A DNA stretch of 64,000 bases from Hemiscyllium ocellatum (lineage: Eukaryota), in NCBI RefSeq assembly GCF_020745735.1, contig NC_083402.1, positions 8,322,004 through 8,386,003 of the forward strand, in the 5' to 3' direction. Position 1 is the first letter of the stretch, and each line of letters starts with the position of its first letter. This document shows, one piece after another, positions 39,901-52,208 of the stretch. The notes under the pieces were generated by a model. It saw nothing but the letters and a program-made list of their open reading frames with translations, was not told where the DNA came from and made no database searches. A program made the translations under genes and the position numbers.

Positions 39901-39948
39901 CTGTTCTGTTGCTGTCAATCTCAGCATAGAGGATGAAACTGTCCTGAT
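39901..39948 (-). CDS. 48-nt ITIM exon (ILYAEI), phase 1-1
   Basis: cattcctgtttgtgttacag|AT CAG GAC AGT TTC ATC CTC TAT GCT GAG ATT GAC AGC AAC AGA ACA G|GTAAAT. Confidence 0.82.
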
Positions 39949-40051
39949 CTGTAACACAAACAGGAATGATAAGGGGCCATGCATCAACAGGCTTGTTCTT
40001 AAATATCAGCAATGGCTCAGTGGAAACCACATCATTCTCTGAGTTAGAGAT

Positions 40052-43024
40052 GTGATTGGAGCAGGTGAAATATTGGACTTGAAGCATGGGTTGGTACTTG
40101 GGACTTCGATGTTGTGACCATTTTGGAGATATAGGTAGAGTAGGGACATGGTTGGTTGTTGCAGTTCCAGGATTTAGATGTTTCAGTAAGAGCAGGGAAG
40201 ATAGTAAGGTCGGGGGAGGTGGTGTGCGGTGGCATTGTTAGTCAAGGACAGTATTATGATTGTTGAAAGGACATTTGAGGACTCTCTACTGAGGTAGTAT
40301 GGACTGAGGTTAGAAACAGGAAAGGTGAGGTCACTCTGTCGGGAGTTTTCTATAGGCCTGCAAATAGTTCAGAGATGTAGAGGAAAGGATAGCAAAGATG
40401 CTTCTGGACAGGAGCAAGAGTGACACAGTAGTTGTTATGGGGGTCTTTAACTTTCCAAATATTGACTAGGAATACTATAGTTCATCTACTTTAGATGGGT
40501 CAGTTGTTGTCCAATGTGTACAGGAGGGTTTCCTGACACAGTACACAGACAGGCCAACAAGGGACGAGGCCACGTCAGATTTAGTACTGGGTAATGAACC
40601 TGGCCAGGTGTTCAATTTGGAGGTAGGTGAGCACTTTCATGATAGTGACCACAAATTGGTTAAGTTTATTTTAGCAATGGAAAGGGATGGGTATATATTG
40701 CAGGACAAGAGTTATGAGTTGGAGGAAAGGCAACTACGATGTGATTAGGCAAGATTTAGGATGCATGGGATGGGCAAGGAAACTGGAGGGGATGGGCACA
40801 ATTGAAATGTGCAGCTTCTACAAGGAACAGTTACTGTGGGTCCTTGATACATATGAGTAAAAAGTGAGGTCTGCAGATGCTGGAGATCAGAGCTGAAAAT
40901 GTGTTGCTGGTTAAAGCACAGCAGGTCAGGCAGCATCCAAGGAAAAGGAGTGATTCCTGATGAAGGGCTCTGGCCCAAAACGTCGAATTTCCTGTTCCTT
41001 GGATGCTGCCTGACCTGCGGTGCTTTAACCAGCAACACATTTTCAGCCTTGATACATATGTACCTGTCAGGCAGGGAGGAAGTTGCTGAGCGCGGGAGCC
41101 GTGGTTTACTCAGGGAGTTGAATCTCTTGTCAAGAGGAAGAAGAAGGCTGATGTTAGGATGAGATGTGAAGGCTCAGTTAGAGCGCTTGAGAGTGACAAG
41201 TTAGCCAGGAAAGACCTAAAGAGAGAGCTAAGAAGAGCCAGGAGGGGACATAAGACATCATTGTCAGATAGGATCAAGGAAAACCCTCAGGCTTTCCATA
41301 GGGATATCAGGAATAAAAGAATGACAAGAGTAAGACTGGGGCCAATCAAGGATTGTAGTGGGAAGTTGTACATCGAGTCAGAGGAGATAGGGGAAGCGGT
41401 AAATGAATATTTTTCCTCAGTATTCACACAAGATAAAGATAACGTTGTCGAGGAAAATACTGAGATACAGGCTACTAGGCGAGATGGGATTGATGGTCAT
41501 AAGGAGGAGATGTTAGCAATTAGGGAAAATGTGAAAATAGATAAGTCGGATGGGATTTCCCATGGGTTCTCTGGAAAGCCAGGGAGGAGATTGTTGAGCC
41601 TTTCACTTTGATCTTTATGTTGTCATTGTCGATAGGAATGGTGTCAGAAGATGGAGGAGAGCAAATGTTGTTCCTTTGTTCAAGAAGGGAGTAGAGAACA
41701 ACCCTAGTACTTATTAACCAGTGAGTAACTAGGGTAATGTGTTGGAAAAGGTTATAAGAGATAAGATTTATAATCATCTGGAAAGGAATATGTTGATTAG
41801 GGATAGTCAACACGGTTTTGTGAAGGGTAGGTCGTGCCTCACAAACCTTATTGAGATCTTTGAGAAGGTAAACAAACAGGTGGATGGTGGGGAAAGCTGT
41901 TGATTTGGTGTATATGGATTTCAATAAGGCATTTGATAAGGTTGTGCATGGTAGGCTACTGCACAAAATACAAAGGCATGGGATTGAGGGTGATTTAGTT
42001 GTTTGGATCAGAAATTGGCTATCTGAAAGGAGACAGAGAGTGGTAGTTGCTGGGAGATGTTTATTTGGGAGTTCAATTACTCGTGGCGTACACAAGGATC
42101 TGTTTTGGGTCATGTTTGTGGATGACCCGGGTGAGGGATTTGATGGATGGGTTCGTAAATTTAGAGTTGACACTCGGGTTGGTGGAGTTGTGGATCATGT
42201 TGAAGGATGTTGTAGGTTAAAGAGAGACATAGATAAGCTGCAGAGCTGGGCTGAGAGGTGGCAAATGGAGTTTAATGTGTGAGGCGATTCACTTTGGAAG
42301 GAGTAACAGGAATACAGAATTCTGGACTAATGGTAAGATTCTTGGCAATGTAGGTGAGCAGAGAGTTCTCGGTGTCCATGCACATAGATCTCTGAAAGTT
42401 GCTCCCCAGATTGACACAGTTGCTAAGAAGGCATATGATGTGTTAGCTTGTATTAGAGAAGGGATTGAGTTTTGGAACCATGAGGTCATGCTGCAGATAT
42501 ACAAAACTCTGGTGTGGCTGCACTTGGAGTATTGAATGCAGATCTGGTCACCGTATTACAGAAAGGATGTGGAAGCTTTGGAACGGGTGCAGAGGAGATT
42601 TACGAGGATGTTGCCTGGTATGGATGAATGTCTTACAAGGAAAGGCTGAGGGACTTGAGGCTGTGTCCATCAGAGAGAAGAAGGCTGAGAGCTGACTGAT
42701 TTGAAACATAAAATAATCAGAGCGTTAGATAGGGTGGACAGTGAGATCCTTTTTCCTCAGATGGTGATGGCTTTAAATTGAGGGGAGATCAATATCGGAC
42801 AGATGTCAGAGGTAACTTATTTACTTAGAGAGTAGTATAAGCGTGGTAAACACTGCCTGCAACAGCAGTAGACTCATTAAATTGAAGAGCATTTAATGGT
42901 CATTGGATAAACATATGGATGAAAATGTAATAGTGTTTGATGGGCTTCAGATTGGTTTCACAGGTCGGCACAACATCGAGGGCCAAAGGGCCTGTGCTGC
43001 ACTGTAATGTTCTATGTTCAATGT
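40052..43024 (+). mobile_element. CR1 LINE ORF2 (APE + RT), about 3 kb, degenerate
   Basis: GVFYRP, DFNFPNID, LDLVLGNEPGQV, YMDFNKAFDKV; (tgttcta)n tail. Confidence 0.9.
40856..41046. mobile_element. Palindromic Penelope-terminus insertion with a 14-bp TSD inside the LINE
   Basis: ccttgatacatatg at 40842-40855 and 41047-41060; inverted arms ctgaaaatgtgttgctggttaaagc / gctttaaccagcaacacattttcag. Confidence 0.85.
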
Positions 43025-43985
43025 TGGACGCTGGTGGAGAGTTGAGGTGAGGTGGGGGGAGCATTGGAGAATGCGGGGATTGAGAAGAGAGTGAGAACAG
43101 ATTCAGTAGTTTTCATATCCTTGCAAGGCACGTGGGTCTCACAGGCAAGGCCAGCGTTTGTTGCCCATCCCTGAACACCCTTGAAGTGAGAGACTTGCTT
43201 GGCCATTTCAGAGGGCAGCAGGTCAGAGTCCGACACATTGCATTCAATCGCTCCTAAAAAGACACACTGAGGTTTGAAATGGGGATCTGAAGTCACCTGT
43301 CGGGCAGATTGGGTAAAGATGGTAAGTTTGCTTCCCTGAAGGAGACTGGTGAACCAGAACTTTTTTGAAGACAAAAAATAACATTAATTCAGATGGCCAC
43401 CATCACAGAGTTGAGTTTATGATTCCAGATTTAATAATTAAATATAAATTCTACAATTTGCCATGGTGAAAATTGAACCTTTCTCCCCAGAGCATGAACC
43501 TGATCCTCAGGTTCCCCACTGGGAGTCATTTGAGATGTGTGACACCCAAGTGGACTGTTTTCCTTGACCCATACCGAAGCAGCAGACAGACTGGCCGTGA
43601 ACAGCTCGAGGCAGCAAGGACCGGGCCGAGCCAGTTACTCAGCCAGATGATTCAGGGAATCGGAAATGGTTATTGTCCAAGAATCCATCCAGGGTCAGGG
43701 ACTGAGGAGAAGATTTCCATCTCCATTGCCCGGACAATAATCCAGAGTCTGGTCAGATCCCTTAATGGAAACCCATAGCTTTTCACTCATTTACATTGAA
43801 TGGTGTGAAAGTTAAAAGGTTCATCTATCAAAGACGTCAATCTGTGCAATAAGTGTGAAGGGTTAAGGTTGGGGGTAGGGATAGTTTTCAACAGATGCAG
43901 ACTCAATGGGCCGAAGGGCTTTATTCTGTGCTGGAGAACTGTTCAACTCAATGTAACAGTCTGCCCCTGAATATCTCTCCAGGAT

Positions 43986-44112
43986 TCACACTCTCTCTGT
44001 TGGAGTCTCTGAAATGGACAATGATCGGTCAGTTAGAGTACAGACAGTACCTGGAGCAGTGAGCTGCTGGGCCTGATCAGTCCCGGGAATGCTGGATGAA
44101 CCTGGATCATTC
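43986..44112 (-). CDS. Cytoplasmic exon c2 of gene B: 62 nt to the internal donor at 44051, or read-through to TGA at 43986
   Basis: tgtatttttcag|G AAT GAT CCA...GCT CCA G|GTACTG; NDPGSSSIPGTDQAQQLTAP; read-through ...SISETPTERV*. Confidence 0.8.
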
Positions 44113-45044
44113 CTGAAAAATACACAAGGAACATGAATATTCCGAGGAATCTAAATGCATTCTGCCAGGTCACAGAAAGGAACATTCTGACTGAACATCA
44201 ATCTCTTGCTTTGGTTACTCAGAGAACAGATTCCAAAGAGTGATAAACACCGTTAATGGAATGAACTTTGATAGAAATCACAGATACTCAGATGGAGACA
44301 CAATCAGAAAAGCGACCCTTGAATAAATTGTCATGAGAAACAGTTTTGCCTTGGCATCAGAATATGGCTGGCCCCTATGGAACCCAAGGTGTAGTCAGCA
44401 GCTGTAACACAGGGAGGGCTGTGCAGACACTGTCAGGAATCACAGTGACAGATCATTCCAGGCAGCTCTGGCTCAGCTTGGAGCAACTAGTCACAGGGCA
44501 GGGAGGGAGGGTGTTGGAGATGAGGGGAAAGTGCTTGCAGGGGCTTCCCATCTGCTGTAACTTTGGAGGATATTACAGGGCATGGAAATCTTGGAAAGTG
44601 GGGAATGATCAGGAAATCACATTCCCACCCAATGGAAATTCAGCTGCTTGGAGAGCAAGGGAGAAAATAGTAGGATTCACAAAAACATCCTTTTTAACCT
44701 CAGCACTCACTGCAAGTGATAACAGTTTAATCTTTCCCTCCATGAAACATTCATTACAATTCAAAGTATCCACTGTGATAAAAATGAGCAACATTTCAGT
44801 TTTGCATGAGGATAAATTGCAGGTTAATTTGGGGACGGTGAATCAGGAGCTAGAGATTTACAATCAGCTGGAAATTGACAAATCCTGCTCAGAAATCATT
44901 AACCTGTCATTTACCTCAGTCTATTAATTACTTTCCAACACTGAGTGTTCCAGCAGCTTCTTAAAAGGACAAACCACATTAGCAGCTCATCAGCAGGGAC
45001 CTGCATTCTGTCTGTGAGCAAGAGATATTCAGGATTCTGGGTAA

Positions 45045-48000
45045 TCCAAGATGGAGACGGGAAACATTTCTGGCCGTAAGAGCTGCTCCTTTTTTGAGGT
45101 ATTTTAGGTGCTGGAGGTAATTTCCTCAAATTCCAGGAGCAGCAATTACTGTTTTATCTGCTGTTGCATTGTTTTGGAACTTTAGGAAAAAAAGTCAAAA
45201 CAACATCAGTTTTAAAAGGGAGAAGAACAGACAAAGGAAGCACATGGTGAGGACAGTGCAGGAGAGAGAGAGAGAGAGAACCTGCACAGTTACTGCCTTT
45301 GCTGTTTTTGAATTCATGTGTCGCCGGACATCGGAGTGCATTTGGGAAAATTAACAAACTGTGAATTTCACAACTAATCTCGGAGGAACCAGTTTGGGCG
45401 AAGTTCACAGCACAGAATCAGATAAGTTAATTGTTGTTTTATGTCTGTCCAAGAGAAAGGCTGTATTAGTGAGTACAGTGGGTTCTTTCTTGATTATGTG
45501 TTTTTGGAGATAAGTCTCTTGATTAAACTTAAAATATAAACCATAGCTATTAATTTAACCTGGGGCAGTGTTTTGCAGAGAAATAAGAAAATGTTATTTT
45601 CTGGGTCTGTAGATTGTGAAGGAGCAAAAATGGCCTTTGCAGTGATATGTACTTCTTGTCAGATGTGGGAGATTAAAGAGAGTTTTAGGGTTAATGCGGA
45701 TTGTAGCTGCCATAAATGCTGTTGGATGCAAATCTTATCAGATCGAGTGGATCAGTTGGAGAGACAGATAGAAGCGAAGAGGAATTTGCAACAGCAACGC
45801 TATGTGATGGATGGCAGTTATCGGAAAGGGGGAAAGTCTCAGGTACAGTCACATAGATGAGTTAACTCCAGTAAGGGAAAGAAAGGTAGGCACCTAGGGC
45901 AGGAGTCTTTTGTGGATATACCTATTTCAAACAGGTATGCTGTTTTGTAAAATGTAGGGGTGTGATGGATCTCAGGGAACGTAGCACGAACAGCCAAGTT
46001 TCTGGTATTGAGACTGGCTCTAATGTAACGAGGGGTACGTTGGCTTCCAAGAGATCAATTGTGTTAGGGAATTCTGTAGTCCGAGATACAGACAGACGTT
46101 TCTGTGACCAGCAGAGAAAAGGCTGAAAGATTTGTTGTTTCCCTGGTGCCAGGATCAAGGATGTCTCCAAGAGGGTGCAGAATGTTCTCATTGGAGAGAG
46201 GGGCCAGCAAGAGGTCATTGTTCACATTGGAACCAATGATATAGGAATGGAAAAGATTGAGATTCTGAAGGGAGATTACAGAGAGTTAGGCAGAAATTTA
46301 AAAAGGAGGTCCTCAAGGGTAGTAATAGTAATATCTGGATTACTCCCAGTGCTACGAGTTAGAGAGGGCAGGAATAGGAGAATAGAGCGGATGAATGCAT
46401 GGCTGAGGAGCTGGTGTATTGGAGAAGGATTCACATTTTTGGATCATTGGAATCTCTTCTGGGATAGAAGTGACCTGTACAAGATGGATGGATTGCACCT
46501 GAATTGGTAGGGGACTAATATACTGGCAGGGAAATTTGCTAGAACTGCTTGGGAGGATTTAAACTAGTAAGGTGGGCCTGGGGTTGGGGGGAGGGGTGGA
46601 ACCTAGGGAGATAGTGAGGAAAGAGATCAATCTGAGACTTGTACAGTTGAGAACAGAAGTGAGTCAAACAGTCAGGGCAGGCAGGGACAAGGTAGGACTA
46701 ATAAATTAAACTGTATTTATTTCATTGCAAGTGGTCTAACAGGGAAGGCAGATGAAGTCAGTACATGGGACTCGGATATCATAGCAATTACAGAAACATG
46801 GCTCAGGAATGGGCAGGACTGGCAGCTTAATGTTCCAGGATACAAATGGTACAGGAAGGATAGAAAGGGAGGCAAGACAGGAGGGGAAGTGGCATTTTTG
46901 ATATGGGATAGCATTACAGCTGTGCTAAGAGAGGATATTCCCGAAAATACATCCAGGAAAGTTAATTGGGTGGAACTGAGAAATAAGAAAGGGATTGGGA
47001 TTGCATTATAGACCCCCAATAATCAGAGGGAAATTGAGAAACAAACTTGTAAGGAGATCTCAGCTATCTGTAAGAATAATAAGTTGGTTATTGCAGGGGA
47101 TTTTAACTTTTCAAACATCGACTGGGACTGCCATAATGTTCAAGGTTTTGATGGAGAGGAATTTCTTAAGTGTGAACAAGACAATTTTCTGATTCAGTAT
47201 GTGGATGTACCTGCTAGACAAGGTGCAAAACTTGACCTACTCTTGGGAAATAAAGCAGGGCAGGTGTCTGAGGTGTCAGTGGCAGAGCACTTTGGGGCCA
47301 GCGAGCATAATTCTATTCATTTTAATATAGTAATGGAAAAGGATAGATCAGATCTAAAAGTTGAAGTTCTAAATTGGAGGAAGGCCAATTTTGACAGCAT
47401 GAGGCAAGAACTTTCGAAAGCTGATTGGGGCAGATGTTCGCAGGCAAAGGGATGGCTGGAAAATGGGATGCCTTCAGAAATAAGATAACAAGAAAGTATA
47501 TTCCTGTCAGGGTGAAAGGGAAGGCTGGTAGGTATAGAGAATGCTGGTTGACTCAAGAAATTGAGGGTTTGGTTAAGAAAAAGAAGGAAGCATATGTCAG
47601 GTATAGACAGGGTAGATCAAGTGAATCCTTAGAAGAGTATAAAGGAAATAGGAATATACTGAAGAAGGAAATCAGAAGGGCAAAAAGGGGATATGAGATA
47701 GCTTTGGCAAATAGAATTAAGGAGAATCCAAAGGGCTTTCACAAATACATTAAGGACAAAAGGGTAACTAGGGAGAGAATCGGGCCCCTCAAAGATCAGC
47801 AAGGCGGCCTTTGTGTGGAGCCACAGAAAATGGGGGAGATACTAAATGACTATTTTGCATCAGTATTTACTATGGAAAGGATATGGAAGATATAGACTGT
47901 AGGGAAATAAATGGTGACATCTTGCAAAATGTCCAGATTACAGAGAAGGAAGTGCTGGATGTCTTGAAACGGTTAAAGGTGGATGAATCCCCAGGAGCTG

Positions 48001-49545
48001 ATCAGGTGTACCTGAGAACTCTGTGGGAAGCTAGAGAAGTGATTGTTGGGCCTCTTGCTGAGATATTTGTATCATCGATAGTCACAGGTGAGGTGCCGGA
48101 AGACTAGAGGTTGGCAAACGTGGTGCCACTGTTTAAGAAAGGCAGTAAGGACAAGCCAGGAAACTATAGACCAGTGAGCTTGACCTCAGTGGTGGGCAAG
48201 CTGTTGGAGGGAATCCTGAGGGACAGGATGTACATGTATTTGGAAAGGCAAGGACTGATTAGGGATAGTCGATATGGCTTTATGCGTGGGAAATCATGTC
48301 TCTCAAACTTGACTGAGTTTTTTAAGAAGTAACAAAGAAGATTGATGAGGGCAGAGCAGTAGATGTGATCTATATGGACTTCAATAAGGCGTTCGACAAG
48401 GTTCTCCATGGGAGACTGATTAGCAAGGTTAGATCTCATGGAATACAGGGAGAACTAGCCATTTGGATACAGAACTGGCTCAAAGGTAGAAGACAGAGGG
48501 TGCTGGAGGAGGGTTGTTTTTCAGACTGGAGGCCTGTGACCAGTGGAGTGCCACAGGGATCGGTGCTGGGTCCTCCAGTTTTTGTCATTTAATAAATGAT
48601 TTGGATGTGAGCATAAGAGGTACAGTTAGTAAGTTTGCAGATGACATCAAAATTGGAGGTGTTGTGGATAGCAAAGAGGGTTACCTTAGATTACAATAGG
48701 ATCTTGACCAGATGGGGCAATGGGCTGAGAAGTGGCAGATGGAACTTAATTCAGATAAATGCAAGGTGCTGCATTTTGGGAAAGCAAATCTTAGCAGGAC
48801 TTATACACTTAATGGTAAGGTCCTAGGGAGTGTTGCTGAACAAGAGACCTTGGAGTGCAGGTTCATTGCTCCTTGAAAGTGGAGTCGCAGGTAGATAGGA
48901 TAGTGAAGAAGGCGTTTGGTATGCCTTCGTTTATTGGTCAGAGTATTGAGTACAGGAGTTGGGAGGTCATGTTGCGGCTGTCCAAGACATTGGTTAGGCC
49001 ACTGTTGGAATATTGCGTGCAATTCTGGTCTCCTTCCTATTGGAAAGATGTTGTGAAACTTGAAAGTGTTCAGAAAAGATTTTAAAATATGTTGCCAGGT
49101 TGGAGGATTTGAGCTATAGGGAGAGGCTGAACAGGCTGGGGCTGTTTTCCCTGGAGCGTCGGAGTTTGAGGAGTGACCTTATTGAGGTTTACAAAATTAT
49201 GAGGGGCATGGATAGGATAAATAGACAAAGTCTTTTCCCTGGGGACGGGGAGTCCAGAGCTAGAGGGCATAGGTTTAGGGTGAGAGGTGAAAGGTATAAA
49301 ACAGACAATGTTTTCACACAGAGGGTGGTACATGTATGGAATGAGCTGTCAGAGGATGTGGTGGAGGCTGGTACAATTGCAACTTTATGAGGCATTTGGA
49401 TGGGGATATGAATAGGAAGGGTTTGGAGGGATATGGGCCAGGTGCTGGCAGGTGGGGCTAGATTGGGTTGGGATATCTGGTCGGCATGGACAGGTTGGAC
49501 CGAAGGGTCTGTTTCCATGCTGAACATCTCTATGACTCTATGAGC
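45045..49545 (+). mobile_element. Near full-length CR1 LINE (5'UTR, ORF1 zinc finger + esterase, ORF2 APE-RT), multiple stops
   Basis: ORF1 VICTSCQMWE..CHKC..LERQ; VIVHIGTNDIG..DGLHLN; ORF2 GDFNFSNIDW, PGNYRPVSLTSVVGK, YMDFNKAFDKV, FADDIKIGG; (tatgactc)n tail. Confidence 0.93.
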
Positions 49546-49592
49546 CAGAGCATTTCTACAACCACATTTATATCAGTCACTGATGACCTTAC

Positions 49593-49632
49593 CTTTCCAA
49601 AGCTGTGGTCAGATCCATTTGCTGTGAACCCC
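49593..49632 (-). CDS. Cytoplasmic exon c1 of gene B (40 nt, phase 1-2)
   Basis: tttttatctctttag|GG GGT TCA CAG CAA ATG GAT CTG ACC ACA GCT TTG GAA AG|GTAAGG. Confidence 0.82.
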
Positions 49633-52085
49633 CTAAAGAGATAAAAATGATTCGTAAATATTTTGTTAAATTATGAACAAATTTGCCACATTGTCTCCAC
49701 AGTTGGATGAGTCCCAAGCAAAACCATCCCTGACCAACAATATAAACATTTTGCACAGTTAGATGCAGTGATCTCTTGAATCTCATCTGATTGCTAAAGC
49801 TTTACTCAGGAGTGTCCTCCTCAGCCCAGTCCAATATCAATAATGGACCAACAACAAAAACAGAAGTTGTTGGAAAAAGCTCAGCAGGTCTGGCAGCATC
49901 TCTGAAGAGAAATCAGTGTTAATGTTTCAGGTCCGGTGACCCTTCCCCAGAACTGATGGTAGCTCAGAAAATATTGGCTTAAATGCAGAAGATAGGATGG
50001 GGGGAGGTGGTAAGATGAAAATGATAGTTGACCAAGTCAGATTAGAGTGTTTTACAATAATCAGTGGGAACAAGGGATCAGATGCAGGAAGATGTGTTCA
50101 GTCAAAGAGCAGAAACAAGAGACAAAGGTATTAATATTGTTATGATCCCAGTTGATGTTATTACTGGACAAGTCAGGCCCCAGACTGAAACAGGTTTGCT
50201 CGAGCATATTTTGAGTTGTTTTTGTTTTTGATGAAATGGTCTCTCTCCGAAAGATAAGCACACGATGCTGCAGAGTTTGCTGTCACACTATAGCAGAAGC
50301 TCATTCCCAAAAGAAATGAAGATAAAACATGTGTCTACTTAAGACATAAGTTCAAACAAGTTTAAAGATAGAGTCAAACGTTATCATATTAATGCCAAAT
50401 TACTTTTTTATAAATCAAAAATAATAAAAGCTCTGTGTCAACCCCAGCACTCATCCCCAGTACAGTACTCAAAAATACATCTTGTTTTATGCTCAGAAAG
50501 ACGACTTGGGCAAGACTAACCCCAGGGTCCCTGTTTCTAACACACTGGGAGATTTAATTTTGATCATAAGCGGTCAATGAGCTAAAGTTCACTTATAAAT
50601 TATGTGAAGGGAATGGTCAAGAGATACAGTTACAGATATCTCACGAGGAGTAATAGTTAACTGTAAAAAAATTAATGACAGTGTCAAACTGAAAGAAAAC
50701 ACAAATATTTACACAAAATAAAGGAAAAGGTGAGAAAATTGGACAGGATATAAAAATCAAAGGCAACAAAATTCATAAGGAGGGAAAACTTACTGTCCAG
50801 AGAAAGTTAGGCAGTAATATAAGAGTGGATAATTAGAGTTTCTCGAGACATTTTGTAGGTATGTTGGTGAGACAGCTGACTAGTGATGTACAGCATGGAT
50901 TCAATTACCACATTAGCTGATCTTACCACAAAGGTCCCAATTTTTCAACCTTCACCTCTTACTTGAGATAAGATGATTATCAGGTTAAACACACCACCAG
51001 TCATCTGTTTTTCTCTCTCTCTCTGATCAGAGAACACCACTGTGGTCCTCTGGGAATATGGCAACGTTACATTTAGATGGTTTAAAAACAACAGGAGTTT
51101 GTCGAATTAGTCATGGAAATGGCTGATGAATTTTGCATTAGTCTTCAGGATAAGGGATACAAATAACATTCCAGATCATTATAAATCCGGAAATGAAAAT
51201 GAAGGAGGAACTCAAGAAAATTCCAAACACCAGAGAAGTGGTCCTGAGTAAATCATTGATGCTGTGGACTGACAGTTCCCTGAGTCCCTGATGGACTTCA
51301 TCCCAGGGTCTTTAAAGAGGAGCTGCTGGGAAAATTGAACAATTGCTTTACATTTCCCACAATTCCCAATGTTCTGGGCTGGTCCCACTGCCTTCAACAA
51401 TAGCGAATGTAACTCCTGTATTCAAAAAGAGACGATGTTTTTAATTTGACCAACCAGAGCAAAGGTAGGTCACGAGGTCAGCCCCAAACCAGATCAGTGC
51501 CTGAGCACTGCCCCCACTGCACAGGCCCGAACAGGAGCCCATGTTACCATCCCACGCCGAGATGTCTGTTACTCAGACTATCTGAGGCACCAGGTTGTCT
51601 TTTTGCAGCAAATCAATTTTAACAATAAAAACACAAAAAGGAATTGTTTCAAATTGCAGCTTCCTTTATGTTCTATCGAGATTCTGTACTGAGTGGGAAT
51701 GAATGGAACAGATTTGGTCTGTTGGGATTCTGTCAAATGGAAGTGAATGAGAAGACATTTTGGTGCATTGAGAGTTGACAGTAATGGGGAGAAGAATGGG
51801 GATTAATCCATCAGAGTTTAATAGAATGGATTGGAATGGCCTTGCTTGTGAAACAGCCTCAATCTTCAATCACCCATGAGTCAGACATCAGACAGTGGGT
51901 GATGATGTTGAACAGGCCACCTTCACCCACCCTCCACCACCCATCAAAGACAAAGCCAGCATTTTCAGAGAATGTACTGAAGAGGAGAGAGTCAGTGAGG
52001 GAAAATTAATCCAGGGCCATTGTTTATTGCTGTTTCAAAAACAGAACCATATTGTTTTATTAACCTCATTCTCGACAGGACCCAC

Positions 52086-52208
52086 CTCCTTTCTTCCTGA
52101 AGGTGATGAAGATGATGACAATGATGCTGATGATGAGGAGGAGGAGGAGGATGAGCAGTGGAATGACCAGCGAATATACTGAGACATACTGAGCAGGCTG
52201 AGTCTTCA
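52086..52208 (-). CDS. Transmembrane exon of gene B (123 nt, phase 1-1), no charged TM residue
   Basis: gttttacag|..(V)KTQPAQYVSVYSLVIPLLILLLLLIISIIVIIFITFRKKG G|GTGGGT. Confidence 0.88.

Noticed and set aside
51895-52182. Acidic poly-D/E ORF
   Set aside because: Antisense reading of the (CTC/ATC)n transmembrane exon
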